Source: Nitrospirales bacterium (GTDB lineage: Bacteria; Nitrospirota; Nitrospiria; Nitrospirales; UBA8639). Taken from it: 64,000 nucleotides of DNA. Both the position numbers and the translations under genes were made by a program. Positions 31,036 through 42,044 of this stretch are shown in pieces. The DNA is taken from assembly GCA_965203295.1 (NCBI GenBank), contig CBDBCZ010000019.1, positions 736,001 through 800,000 of the forward strand, read 5' to 3'. Each line of letters starts with the position of its first letter. Position 1 is the first letter of the stretch. The notes beneath the pieces are model-generated. The model was not told the origin of the DNA. It saw only the letters and a program-made list of their open reading frames with translations, and did not search any database.

Positions 31036-32198
31036 TTATTTCGGAGCGGTCACCTCGTCTTGGGCCACATGGCCTCTCATCGATTTGTCGGTAATGTTGT
31101 TTTGAATCTCCAAGGCAATAACGCGAGCGAGTTGATCAGCTGATAGCGCACTCATGGGCAATCCATTTGCTAATGAATAAAACGGATCCTCCGGAACCGC
31201 CGTCCGATGATAATTCACCAATATCTTGGCGGGTTGAATCAATCGGCCATTTTCCCCCACAATCACGGCTTTGTCTTTTGGTAACACCCGAGTCCGAGTG
31301 GCCCAATCCCGCTCTTCTATCTTGGCGAACGATACGTTCCAGATTTTTCCATTTAACAGACTTCGGATCGCTTTCGGTGTCTGTTCGTGAAAAGAGGGAT
31401 TACGGACGATCAATTGCAGCGCTTCTCGAACTCGAATGTCGTACAGTTTGGTCGTTGAATCTGGTTGCGTCGGCTGTGCCAGCGTTGTTGATCCGAGTTC
31501 ATAAGACGGCTGACTCTTGAGGCTCTTATAGTCATCCACTGTCGTCAGATACGTTTGAAACAAGGCTTGCAGGGCTTGTTCACGCTCATCCCCTGACATG
31601 GCCAGAATTTCTTTGTTCGTTTTAATTGGGGCGTTTTTGAGATCTCTTTGGACAAGGGCCATTTTGCGTTTTGGGGTCGTGGATGCCTTAATGAGCACCC
31701 ATTGGAACTTCCTTGCCAGAACTGGTACCAGTTTCTTGGGTTGATTGAGATATCCCTTATCGTGTAGTGCTGATGCACTAATCAACAGTTTGACCTGGCC
31801 TTGGTGTTTGGTTCGGGCGACTAAGAAATTAAATTCTTTCCCCTCCCGGTTTAACACTTTGGGTTCAATGATGACTTTTCGAAGCACACCCTTTGTCATG
31901 GCCTCATCGAATCTCTTGTATTCAGTCCGATTCTGAACCATAAACGCAATGCATCGACAACCGTATGGACAGCTTCATTGGCTTGCGTCTGACTTATTCG
32001 CACGCCTTCAGCAGTTTTTTCCCCTTTTTCCAAGAAGACCCGAAAGGGGGCACCAGAGATCTAGTGTCCAGGCCCTATTGTCGCGCTCGTTTCTTCAAAA
32101 GAATGCGCTTCGTGCTCTTGATGGCTGCCGATCGCGAGTGGCGTGAGAGATATGAGCCACACTATAGCTAACAATGAAAATAATGTCGCGAGTCTCAT
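31036..32198 (-). pseudogene. Secreted hypothetical protein, disrupted (TAG at 32061-32063, frameshift near 31945)
   Basis: GGAGG RBS and signal peptide MRLATLFSLLAIVWLISLTPLA upstream of the 301-aa ORF. Confidence 0.65.
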
Positions 32199-32347
32199 CT
32201 TTTCCTCCTATGTCGAACAGCTCTATTGTCTAAAGCAGACTGACCGAACTCTCATTCTTATTCTACACCGTATGCGAGATATGCGCCTTTGTGATCTATC
32301 ACAAGAAGTTGTGTAATAGGAAAAAGTGGAGAGTTTCCTGTTTGCTC

Positions 32348-34009
32348 TTACGCGCTCGTTGGGACATCGTCTGGGTGTGTTGATCCGGCGGCTTGGGCGG
32401 CGTGACGTAAAGCATCCAGTCGTTGGGCAAAGCGGTGTCCTGGTTGAATCAGAGAGAGGACCCCCAATCCTTCTAAAACTTCCGTGACATGTGGTTGCAT
32501 CCCCACAAAAAAGAGATGCTGCTTGTGGGCTCGAATAATCCGTAGCATATCCTCGATGGCGAGTGCGGACGTGCCATCGATAACAGGCACATCTGACAAA
32601 TCCAACACACAGCTCGTAAATTTTTTGAGTCCCGGCACGGTCTCAATCCGACGAACCATATGAATGAGTACAATTTTTCCCTTATTCCGCTCGAGGACCG
32701 CTGCTTCCTCCCGCATGAGTGATGTCTCACCATGTTTTTGGCCGAGCCGAAACTCATAGGGCTATCGACGCACTTCAGTAATCACACGCAAGTTCGCGAG
32801 TTCAAGATCAGCCATCTCTTTGACGAACAAGACACTCGCTAAGACGACGCCTACCCCCACCGCCGTGATCAGATCCACCGCGACGGTCATAAAGAGCACC
32901 AATGCCATGATGATGACATCGGCCCGTGGCGCTTGAACCATATGTCGTAGGAAGCGCCAGTCAATGATTTCGATGCCAACCTTTAATAAAATGCCGGCTA
33001 GTACCGCCAACGGTATTTGTTCTGCGAGGGGCCCTAGCCAGAGTAGAGTCGCGAGGAGCACCAGACCCATGAGCGCGCCAGATAGGGGAGTTCGTCCTCC
33101 AGAGCGGATATTCGCCACTGAGCGCATCGTGGCACCCGCGCCCGGTAGTCCTCCAAACAGGCCGGCTACCATGTTGCCAATGCCTTGGCCAACGAGTTCA
33201 CGATTTGAATCATGTTGTGTGCGAGTCATGTTGTCGCAGACTAGAGACGTAAGAAGGCTATCGATTGCGCACAGTAAGGCGATGACACATGCCTCTTCGA
33301 TCATGATGACCAACGCATCCATGCGAAACGTCGGAACAATAGGTGTTGGAAACCCCTTTGGCATTTCTCCAATCACAGGCGCTTCAGGAAACAAGAACAA
33401 CGCCATTGGGGTGCAGACCAGCAAGGCAAGGAGGGATGGAGGGATGATTTTCCCGATTGCACTGGGGGTGAAATACACAATCCCCAACGCGAGAATACCC
33501 AGGATTGCCGTATGGGGGGCTGGGTTGCTGATAAACTCTGGAAAGGCCATGAGGTTTGCCACCACTCCTGCCTCAGTCCCATGTCCTAGGAGCGGACCGA
33601 TCTGCAAGATAATGATGATGGCTCCAATCCCACTCATGAACCCTGAGATCACAGGATACGGGACGAGACTGATATAGCGTCCCACGCCCAGCATGCCGAG
33701 CAAGATTAAGATCCCACCACCCATAATCACGGTGGTAAAAACCAATGCCTGCTCGTCTGCAAATAGGGCCAACATTCCCGCGAAGACTACGGTCATCGGG
33801 CCTGTGGGGCCTGAGGCTTGAGGCGGTGTTCCCCCAAACAACGCCGCAAAGAATCCCACGAAGATAGCGCCATACAGTCCGGCTACCGCCCCCGCCCCGG
33901 ATGCCACGCCGAACGCCAGCGCGAGAGGCAACGCGATGACTGCTGCAACGACTCCTCCAAAGAAATCGCCCCGCAAATTATTGAAATGCAGGCCATGGAT
34001 AATTTTCAT
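32348..34009 (-). pseudogene. SulP/SLC26 (BicA-like) anion transporter; STAS domain cut off by a block swap
   Basis: GDFFGGVVAAVIALPLALAFG, SGPTGPM, DSLLTS, GAGATMRS. The STAS part DLSDVPVIDGTS is in the same frame after a premature TAG. Confidence 0.88.
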
Positions 34010-34046
34010 GTTCCCATGCTCTTCGTTTCTATTCGTCAGGGAGAGG

Positions 34047-34889
34047 CTAGACCATGATCATTTCAAAACGCGTGAGTTCCTCTTGAGTGAGTTCGAAATG
34101 TTCTATTTGGAGATCCTCTTTCATATGTTGCTCGTTCGTCGTTCCAGTCAACGGGAGCATGCCGATTTGCATGGCAAACCGAAAGATGACCTGCATGGGA
34201 CCCGTCCCGACTCGCTTGGCCATCTCCCAAATTTCAGGATCTCTGAGGACATCGCGATTGACCGTGAGCAGCGAAAAACCTTGATAGATGATGTGATTGG
34301 CTTGGCAGATCTCCCTTACTTCTTTGTCCCATCCGAGCACGGCATAACACCGGTTCTGGACCACCATCGGTTTAATTTCTGCTTGCTCGCAGAGCTGCCT
34401 GAGTTGTCCGGCATTGACGTTGCTGATACCAATCATTTTTGTTCGACCTGATTGATAGATTTTTTCAAGCGCTGCCCACACTTCCCAGTCCGGCTTCCCC
34501 AGCCCTACCCGAGAATAGGGTCCGTGTAACACATAGGAATCCACGTAATCCGTATGAAGGTGTTTCAGCGAGCTTTCAAAGGACTGTCCCACTTGCGTGA
34601 TAATATCTGCAGAGGCATCATAGGGCGTTCGATGATCTTGGCCATCGACCGGCGTAAATTTGGTTTGCAGAAACAGCGTTTCCCGCTTGATCCCTTTCTT
34701 GTCGAGTGCCAGCAGCGCTTCACCCACAAGGGCCTCTTGGTAATGAATGAGCTGGTTAGCCGTATCGATGGCTGTAAAGCCGGTAGACACTGCTAATTCA
34801 ACGAGTTCAGCGGTGGTGTCCTTCTTCCACGCGGTCCCATACATAAAGGCGGGAAGTTTTACGTCATTATAGGCTGTTAATGTCATCAT
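34047..34889 (-). CDS. Aldo/keto reductase
   Basis: YGTAWK, IDTAN...Y, LQTKF, DSYVLHGP, IGISN, VVQNR. Confidence 0.88.
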   Translation of the reverse strand: MMTLTAYNDVKLPAFMYGTAWKKDTTAELVELAVSTGFTAIDTANQLIHYQEALVGEALLALDKKGIKRETLFLQTKFTPVDGQDHRTPYDASADIITQVGQSFESSLKHLHTDYVDSYVLHGPYSRVGLGKPDWEVWAALEKIYQSGRTKMIGISNVNAGQLRQLCEQAEIKPMVVQNRCYAVLGWDKEVREICQANHIIYQGFSLLTVNRDVLRDPEIWEMAKRVGTGPMQVIFRFAMQIGMLPLTGTTNEQHMKEDLQIEHFELTQEELTRFEMIMV

Positions 34890-35227
34890 GATGTATGCCC
34901 CAGTTAAGGTGATGGAGTTGTTGTGAATGTGTCGGATTCATCGTACAGATGAGAAAATGATTTCCCAAGAACTCACTTTTCGTTCATCGCATTGTGCTCT
35001 CTCGCATGGAATTTCCCTGCCTGGGGAACGGCTGAGTTTATGAGATCAGGAGCGTACTTTTTCCTTAGACAGGCTTTCAAGCCTGAATGTTTAAGCCTCA
35101 CGGCTTTTCCCTTGTTGACAAACGCAGCGTCCTGCCTTATTGAGAGAGCACGCCGAGAACTCTAGGGTATGAATGACGGCTGTTTTTGTCAGGCAATGAT
35201 GATCAATTTTTCAAGAGGTAACGAAGC

Positions 35228-35596
35228 ATGCCAAAACTCATCGAGGAGCCCACTGTTATCAAGCCAGCAGGTAACAAACCTAAACGGATTGAGGAGTATG
35301 CGGGAAGGGTGGCGACAGGGAATGATTTAGTCAGCGTCGCAAAGATGCTCTCTCTTGAGGGATGGTCCGAACCTGGGCAACGCCCTGACTTTATGGAAAT
35401 TACGGTTGTCCTCAAAGGTATGCTCAGGGTTGAGCACGAGGATGGAGTGATCGACGTCCTGCCAGGCCAATCCATCACCTGTCAGCCTCAGGAATGGATT
35501 CGGTACAGTACTCCGGAGCCAGATGGGTCTGAATATGTCGCCGTTTGCGTCGCCGCCTTTTCACCCGATACGGTCCATCGCGATGCTGAGTCATGA
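35228..35596 (+). CDS. Cupin-domain protein
   Basis: GNKPKRIEEYAG, GWSEPGQRPDFMEITVVLKG, EWIRYSTP. Confidence 0.82.
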   Translation: MPKLIEEPTVIKPAGNKPKRIEEYAGRVATGNDLVSVAKMLSLEGWSEPGQRPDFMEITVVLKGMLRVEHEDGVIDVLPGQSITCQPQEWIRYSTPEPDGSEYVAVCVAAFSPDTVHRDAES

Positions 35597-35659
35597 CCAG
35601 GTATTGCCCATCAAGTTGTTTCAATAAGTATTCTTTGAGGTGAGGTCTCTAAAGCTCAC

Positions 35660-35974
35660 ATGACATCGCGAGCCCATGCTGAAGCGTTGTACGAGGCGAT
35701 TCAAGCTTTCATAGGCAGTTATGATTCCGGACAGGTTCAAGCCAAACTGGAGCGCGAATTGCGCCACATGCTCCCCACGTGGAGCCAGGAAACACCGGAT
35801 TGTCCAGGATGGTACTGGTTTAAACCACAAGGCATTGGGGAACCTCGCTTGCTCCTTGTGGGTCACGGACGGATCGATACAAAACTGATGGCCGATTTGG
35901 GTCCCCCCAACAATCTGGTGGATGTCCAGCGTATCAAGGGGTAGTGGGCTGGTCCCCTGCTTCCACCCACGTAA
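35660..35974 (+). pseudogene. Small hypothetical protein with in-frame TAG at 35942
   Basis: TWSQETPDCPGWYW...IKG*WAGPLLPPT*. Confidence 0.45.
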
Positions 35975-36094
35975 GGCCTCCCGATTTTTTGAAAGAGCAG
36001 CAGGAGTCGACTTGTTGTCGTATGTCCTGTTTGATCTGGAGCGATTGTCTATCTCAGGTGAGCCAAGACGCGAGCCCGACCACTCCGGCGAGAA

Positions 36095-36545
36095 TCATCC
36101 CTCCACCGGCAAGTCGTCTTCCACATGTCCCAAAGGGGAGCACCTTAGACAAAACGCTCCGTGCTCAAATCCCATCCTAAAGGCGCCGCTGACCCCCGTT
36201 CGCCAATGCTCTGCGATGAAGTGTGCTGGGGAGCGGCAATGCTGGAGGAAGACATTTTTCCACGGGGTCATCTGGTAGATGCCTGCTATCATGAGGAGTG
36301 CACCCCCAAGTCCTTCACTACTTGTCACCATCATGGGGGACAGCAGGGCCGTCTGGTGGAGCGCCCACTGTGACAACGTCGCGCCGAAGCTAAACAGACA
36401 CCACATGACTACTTAGCTCCAGACAAAGGCGGTCGTGGGAGCGATCGGTGTCCCTTGGGCGAAGCTGCATGACCGACCCAGTAGTCACCGTATCCATATC
36501 TGACATTTGGGCGGAAAGATAAAGCAGATATACCCATGCCAACCC
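36095..36545 (-). pseudogene. DUF2182-like membrane protein remnant
   Basis: AWVYLLYLSAQMSDMD... and AGIYQMTPWKNVFLQHCRSP...GFEHGAFCL; internally deleted and truncated. Confidence 0.7.
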
Positions 36546-37275
36546 CGTCACTCCAACCAACGCCTTGGATTATTGGGGCAGGTGGTTGGACAGGAAATTC
36601 TATTGCACTACGCTTTGTGCTGCGCATCTGCATGGCTTTCGCGCTTAGCATATCCGCTTCCTGCTCCAGTTCCTTATCATCATTAATGATCACACCTAGG
36701 TCCTGCATCGTCGGCTTGACCCGGCCCTGCTTCTGCTGCACCGCATGCCAGGCTTCATGGGGGAGATGCTTCTCCTGCCCTGGCGCGAGGTGAATGTCAT
36801 TCCCCTGCGTATAGGCCAAGGCATTCACCTCCGCCGGTTTGTCGGAATTGGCGTGCACCCGCACATCTGAGAGATCCATCTCTGAGAGCGATTCAATGCC
36901 TGCCTTCAATTGATCCGGCATGCCAGTGCGGTTAGATTCAGGTTTGGTCTGCGTCGGCTCGAACTTCCCTTGCACCAGCTCCTCTTTCTCCGGGCCCTTC
37001 GGTTGCAGCATGCTGGGCGCGTCCTGCATTTGCAGTTCCTCTTCTTCGGGTTCTCTTTGCAATTGCGCAGCTTGACCAAATAGGCGGCGGAGCCGCTTCC
37101 GTTGGGCCACCATGGATGGGCTGTTGGTGATCGTATCAGAGAGCGTGCGTTAGACGATGGCGTCGGGACGGTGATCGACGAAAGCGGCAGTACTCGTATG
37201 TTTAGGCTTGCGATCAGGCTCGGCGGCTGACCGGCGGCGGTGTTGGTGAGTTCGGGATTGAGGTGCTGTTTTCAT
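36409..37275 (-). pseudogene. DUF4157 (eCIS core domain) protein with nonsense mutation; C-terminus truncated or fused
   Basis: RBS and ATG at 37275; in-frame TAA at 37150-37152; NRTGMPDQLKAGIESLS...ALAYTQGNDIHLAPGQEKHLPHEAWHAVQQKQGRV. Confidence 0.85.
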
Positions 37276-37585
37276 CGCCTCCGCCTCCTTATGAGTGATA
37301 GGGAGTTCCTCTCAAACAAGGCGTTCGCGATAGCTCAGGAAGCTCCAATAGGATCCCTTACGTAGCGTTTTTCCCTAAAGCTGTCAAGATTAGGTTTTCT
37401 CGTGGCATGATGGCACAATTGAGGTTACCAGAATATACGAGCGGATTCTGCATAGCGATGACTCGAGTGGCATGAAAATGGTAACATTCACTCTGATCCA
37501 GCGATGTGTGAGTCGAGTCCTCTTCACCTCAAGCCTTGTAACGCAAAAATCCACATAACTACAATGCAATGGAGACGAAGCGTTT

Positions 37586-39789
37586 ATGAGTCATCCTATA
37601 CCTACTGATTCAACCTCTGAATCTTTTTTGAGGACCAGCCTTCCCCGATTGCAAGAGCTTTCCCGCAATGTGTGGTGGAGTTGGACACCTGTAGCTCACC
37701 AATTGTTTGAAGTCCTCGACCAAACCCTCTGGCGACTGACCCATCACAATCCTGTCAAGCAGCTCCAGGAAATTAAACCTGATCGCCTTGCCCAACTGGC
37801 GGAAGACATCGTATTTCGTCGCCAATATGCTGCGGCTATCAAAGCATCTGACGATTATATGGAAGCTCGAGACCATTGGTTCGGCACACAACACTTGCAT
37901 TGGGCTCATTCTCCTATTGCCTATTTTTCAGCCGAGTTTGGTCTCCATAACTCGGTACCCATTTACAGTGGCGGTCTCGGCGTTCTTGCGGGGGATCATT
38001 TGAAAGAAGCCAATGATCTGGGCATTCCGCTTGTCGGTGTGAGCTTTATGCACAGTCAAGCCTACTTCCGCCAAGTGATCGGACCCGATGGGTGGCAGGA
38101 AGCCGTGTATGAACAGTTTAACCGTCATGCCTCACCAATTGAGCCAGCCTCACACCCTCGGGTGAACAGTGTCGGGTTACTGTAAAGATGGGGCACCGTG
38201 ATGTCGTCTGTCTGGTATGGACAATCGGCGTAGGACGAACACGGCTGTACCTCCTCGATACGGATACGCCAGAGAATACTCCGGACGACCGCATGCTCTC
38301 GGCTCGTCTGTATGGGGGAGACAGTACGGTCCGATTATCTCAAGAAATTATCTTGGGAATCGGCGGGGTGAGGGTGCTCCGAGCTCTGGGTATCCATCCT
38401 CAGGTGTGGCATGCCAATGAGGGACATGCGGCCTTTCTTCATCTGGAACGATTGAGAGAGTTGGTAGAAAACGGGACTTCCTATCAACAAGCTGTCGAGC
38501 AGATTCTGCAAAGCTCCATGTTCACGACGCATACTCCTGTGAAAGCCGGCCATGATTCGTTCTCTCCCCAGCTCATTGAGCAGTATTTTGTCGACTTCTG
38601 GGTCCAACTTGGCCTTTCCAAAGAAGCTTTCTTCGCCTTGGGCAAACATCCACAGGATTCCGAAAACCACTTCCATATGACTGCCTTAGCGATTCATTTT
38701 TCTTCATTGGTGAATGGAGTGAGTCTTGAGCATGGTCGAGTTGCGCGACGCATGTGGCACTGTTTATGGCCAGAAGTTCCTGAAAACCAAGTCCCCATAC
38801 ACAGCGTCACGAACAGTATTCACATTCCCACCTGGATCGCCCCGGAAATGAACCACCTGTACAGCAAATATCTGGGACCACACTGGATGTATGAATCAGA
38901 TGACCCCGCCCTTTGGCAGCGAATTCTCGACGTTCCCGACCATGAAATTTGGGAGGTGCGCCAATTCCTCAAACGGAAGTTGCTGAATTTTATCCGACAT
39001 CGAATACGCTCCGGGTGGGTTGCTGGCCGACTCCAGGCAATCAAGTCCTCGCAGGTGGTGCGCTCCTCGATCCCTACGTGCTGACGATTGGGTTTGGTCG
39101 GCGGTTTGCCACCTATAAACGGGCGAACCTTTTATTTCGAAACCCCGAGCGTCTTCGACAGCTTCTCCAAGATCGGTGGCGACCTGTGCAATTTATCTTT
39201 GTGGGGAAAGCCCATCCGGCTGATGAGCAGGAAGACACCTCATTCAAGAGGTTTACCACTTTTGCCAATCTCACAGCCAAGAGGTTTACCACTTTTGCCA
39301 ATCTCACAGCCTCGGCGGGCACATCGCCTTCTTGGAAGACTATGATATGCATGTTGCGAAATTTCTCGTCCAAGGAGTCGATGTGTGGCTGAATAATCCC
39401 CGTCCCCCGTTCGAGGCCAGTGGGCAAAAGGCGGCTTTGAACGGAGTCCCGAATCTCAGTGTATTAGACGGGTGGTGGAAGGAGGGATATGACGGAGCCA
39501 ACGGGTGGGCTTTTCCCGTTACCTCAGAAGACATGGAGGAGCAGGCTCAAGATGATCATGATACAGAGGCCCTCTATCATCTTTTAGAGCAAGAAGTGGT
39601 TATGAGCGGGATCAAGACAGGATTCCCCATGGATGGGCGAAGATCGTGAAAAACGCCATTCGAACCAATGCCCCGCAGTTTAGCTCTCGTAGAATGCTCA
39701 AGGAATATGTTGAAAAGTTCTACGTACCGCTGCTCTCGAATACTTCTTTTGTTGCCAAAGGGAAAAATGAAAGTAATAAGCTTTCTTGA
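37586..39789 (+). pseudogene. glgP: Alpha-glucan (glycogen) phosphorylase pseudogene
   Basis: AYFSAEFG...[52 protein letters not shown] across several frames; 33-bp duplication at 39245-39310. Confidence 0.92.
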
Positions 39790-40659
39790 TTATGGTGCTT
39801 GAATTGCCAGAATGGCGTCCTCTGCAGCGGCTTGCACGTTGGGATCAAGATCCGTTTCCGCGATGTGTGAAAGTTTAGGAATAAAAGAAGAATCTCCTAA
39901 CCTCCCCAATACATCTACTGCGATTTTTCGCTCCTCAGGTACGGCCAGTTGGGTTAATTCCCATAACGTTTCTTGAGTCTCGGGATTCTTTAACCCCCCT
40001 ATTTCTCTAATGGCGTTGAGTCGAGCTCCTTTACGAACTGCCGCTAGCCCAGGCCTCTCTACGGGTTCTTGGTAGCCTTTGTCGGTATACGGACGTCGTA
40101 GCATGTGAATAAGCACGGCACCCGCATCCGTTTGATCAAGAAGCCAACCTTTTAGGATTTCCCCCTGGTAAAAATAAAAAGGATTCTCCTCCAGATTATT
40201 AATCGCCTCCCAGTACAAACTGAATATGGAAATTTCATTGGGCTCAGCCTCAAAATGGTTAGAAAAAATCAATCCCATTCTCGGGTGATATACAGAAGTT
40301 TTGAACCGAACCGATATGCCTTGCTCCAAAATACGGAACGTTCCACTGGGGATTTCCCTATACTGCATTTCCATGATGGCATCATGTGCTTTTGCAGGAT
40401 CAAAGACCACGTGAAACCCTGCATCTTGAAGCTTCATTTGCACGGTGCTGACGGGTTCATAGGGTGGATGAGGGAGGTTTAACCAAGTCGACACTGTGCC
40501 GGTCAGCAGAATCGAATGAATCGCTTTGAGGTCTTTTAGGTCCTCAGCTGAGTAGGCAGGTTGGGAGTCTTGGTCAGGCTGGGCCTGAAGAACACATGGT
40601 GAACTCAGACTCAACAAAATATTGAGAACAAGAAACCTAAAAAGAAGATTCGCTACCAT
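39790..40659 (-). CDS. Exported protein with C-terminal HEAT-like repeats
   Basis: Signal peptide; RLNAIREIG, RKIAVDVLGRLGD, VQAAAEDAI. Confidence 0.7.
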   Translation of the reverse strand: MVANLLFRFLVLNILLSLSSPCVLQAQPDQDSQPAYSAEDLKDLKAIHSILLTGTVSTWLNLPHPPYEPVSTVQMKLQDAGFHVVFDPAKAHDAIMEMQYREIPSGTFRILEQGISVRFKTSVYHPRMGLIFSNHFEAEPNEISIFSLYWEAINNLEENPFYFYQGEILKGWLLDQTDAGAVLIHMLRRPYTDKGYQEPVERPGLAAVRKGARLNAIREIGGLKNPETQETLWELTQLAVPEERKIAVDVLGRLGDSSFIPKLSHIAETDLDPNVQAAAEDAILAIQAP

Positions 40660-40665
40660 CGCTCT

Positions 40666-41535
40666 TTAACGTATCGCGTGAAGAAATGAAGGGTTCACTG
40701 TGCCCCGATACACTTCTGCGACGGGTCCTTTCATTGTCAGGTTGTATTGAGCATCAACGGAAATGTGGAGATCACCTCCCGGAGCCTTGACGGTCACCGG
40801 GCTTTTAACAAGACCGAGCCGTACAGCGGCACTGGCGGCAGCACAGGCTGAAGACCCTGATGCCTGAGTTTCACCAGCCCCTCGTTCCCAAATGAGAATG
40901 GAAATGGCCTTTGGCCCGATCGGCACGGCCAGCTGCACATTGATTCGCTTTGGAAAAATAGTATGGTTTTCTAACTCGGGACCAATCTTGAGCAAATCTT
41001 CGCGTGTCCATTTCTCACCTTTTCTTTTGAAAACTACGCAATGGGGATTGCCCACGCTGACTCCAGTAAATTGTAACGATCGTCCAGCCGCTTTCACAGG
41101 TTGCAGAACTAACTCTGGAATGTTCAGCGAGCATGGTAAAGCACGCGGGCGAAAAATGGCTCGACCCATTTGGACGGTCGCGCCGATAACTCGGTCTTTT
41201 GCGTTCAGATGCAACTGAATTTGGACAATGCCCCCTTTCGTTTCTACACTGAAATGGCGTTGCCGAGTCATTCTCATGGTATGCAGGTAACACCCAAAAA
41301 TCCGTAACCCATTCCCAGACTTTTCCGCTTCGCTCCCGTCAGGATTAAAAATTCGTAATCCAAAGTCAGCCTTTCTCGATGCAGTCAATGTTAAAATGCC
41401 ATCACTTCCTACTCCCCAATTCCGATCGCAGATCGCGCGAATCGTTTTTGGGGTTAACCGGAAATCCAATTCCTTTGCATTCAGGGCGATGTAATCATTT
41501 CCTAAGCCATGGCCTTTAAAAAATCGGTTCTTCAT
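40666..41535 (-). CDS. dapF: Diaminopimelate epimerase
   Basis: KGHGLGNDY, FNPDGSEAEKSGNG, VGNPHCV, WERGAGETQASGS (Ser at both usual catalytic Cys positions). Confidence 0.85.
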   Translation of the reverse strand: MKNRFFKGHGLGNDYIALNAKELDFRLTPKTIRAICDRNWGVGSDGILTLTASRKADFGLRIFNPDGSEAEKSGNGLRIFGCYLHTMRMTRQRHFSVETKGGIVQIQLHLNAKDRVIGATVQMGRAIFRPRALPCSLNIPELVLQPVKAAGRSLQFTGVSVGNPHCVVFKRKGEKWTREDLLKIGPELENHTIFPKRINVQLAVPIGPKAISILIWERGAGETQASGSSACAAASAAVRLGLVKSPVTVKAPGGDLHISVDAQYNLTMKGPVAEVYRGTVNPSFLHAIR

Positions 41536-41852
41536 GTTTTCCCCTTCCCATGAATTTTCGGTCTTTTGGCCTCTTCACCAAAGTCTCTCTGACAAAGGCG
41601 ACGAGGGCCTGGCTGATGGAGGGCATTACAAGACTTGCCAATCTTTGTAACCCTTACCAATCATGATACCCATAGGGCAACCTCCGGCTTTATTTTTGTG
41701 CATTCATCGAGAGTGGAAGGAATCAGGAAACATACCTTATGTGTAAAAACTTGGATGTGACCTTTCAGACAGTGTCTGGCAGGAGAGTTTCGAGTTTAAA
41801 GTTTCAGGTTAAAAGTTTAAAGATCTGAGTTTCTCGTTTACCGTTCCGCTTC

Positions 41853-42044
41853 GCCGGGTTTCGCCCCGGCAGTCGAGGTCTTTTTGTTTCGGCAAAAGGA
41901 CCCAAAACCATTCCCGCCCGCGCGCGGCCCGGCGGGTCTCCTTCGTCCCAGCACCGAATCACATGGTTGCGGAACTCGCTCCGCTCAGACAGTCCTCGCC
42001 GAATTGTCGGATTCGGTGCTAGGACTCAGCCACGCGCAAAGCGG
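41853..42044 (+). repeat. Structured dispersed repeat, copy 4
   Basis: Near-identical to copy 3, including flanks. Confidence 0.9.

Noticed and set aside
32964..33677. Long antisense ORFs (e.g. 32964-33677, 58243-59043, 25593-26129, 18689-19186, 8409-9026)
   Set aside because: Shadow frames of well-supported genes on the opposite strand, with no independent motifs.
2781..42044. CRISPR array
   Set aside because: The repeats are long, dispersed and not separated by regular spacers, and there are no cas genes.
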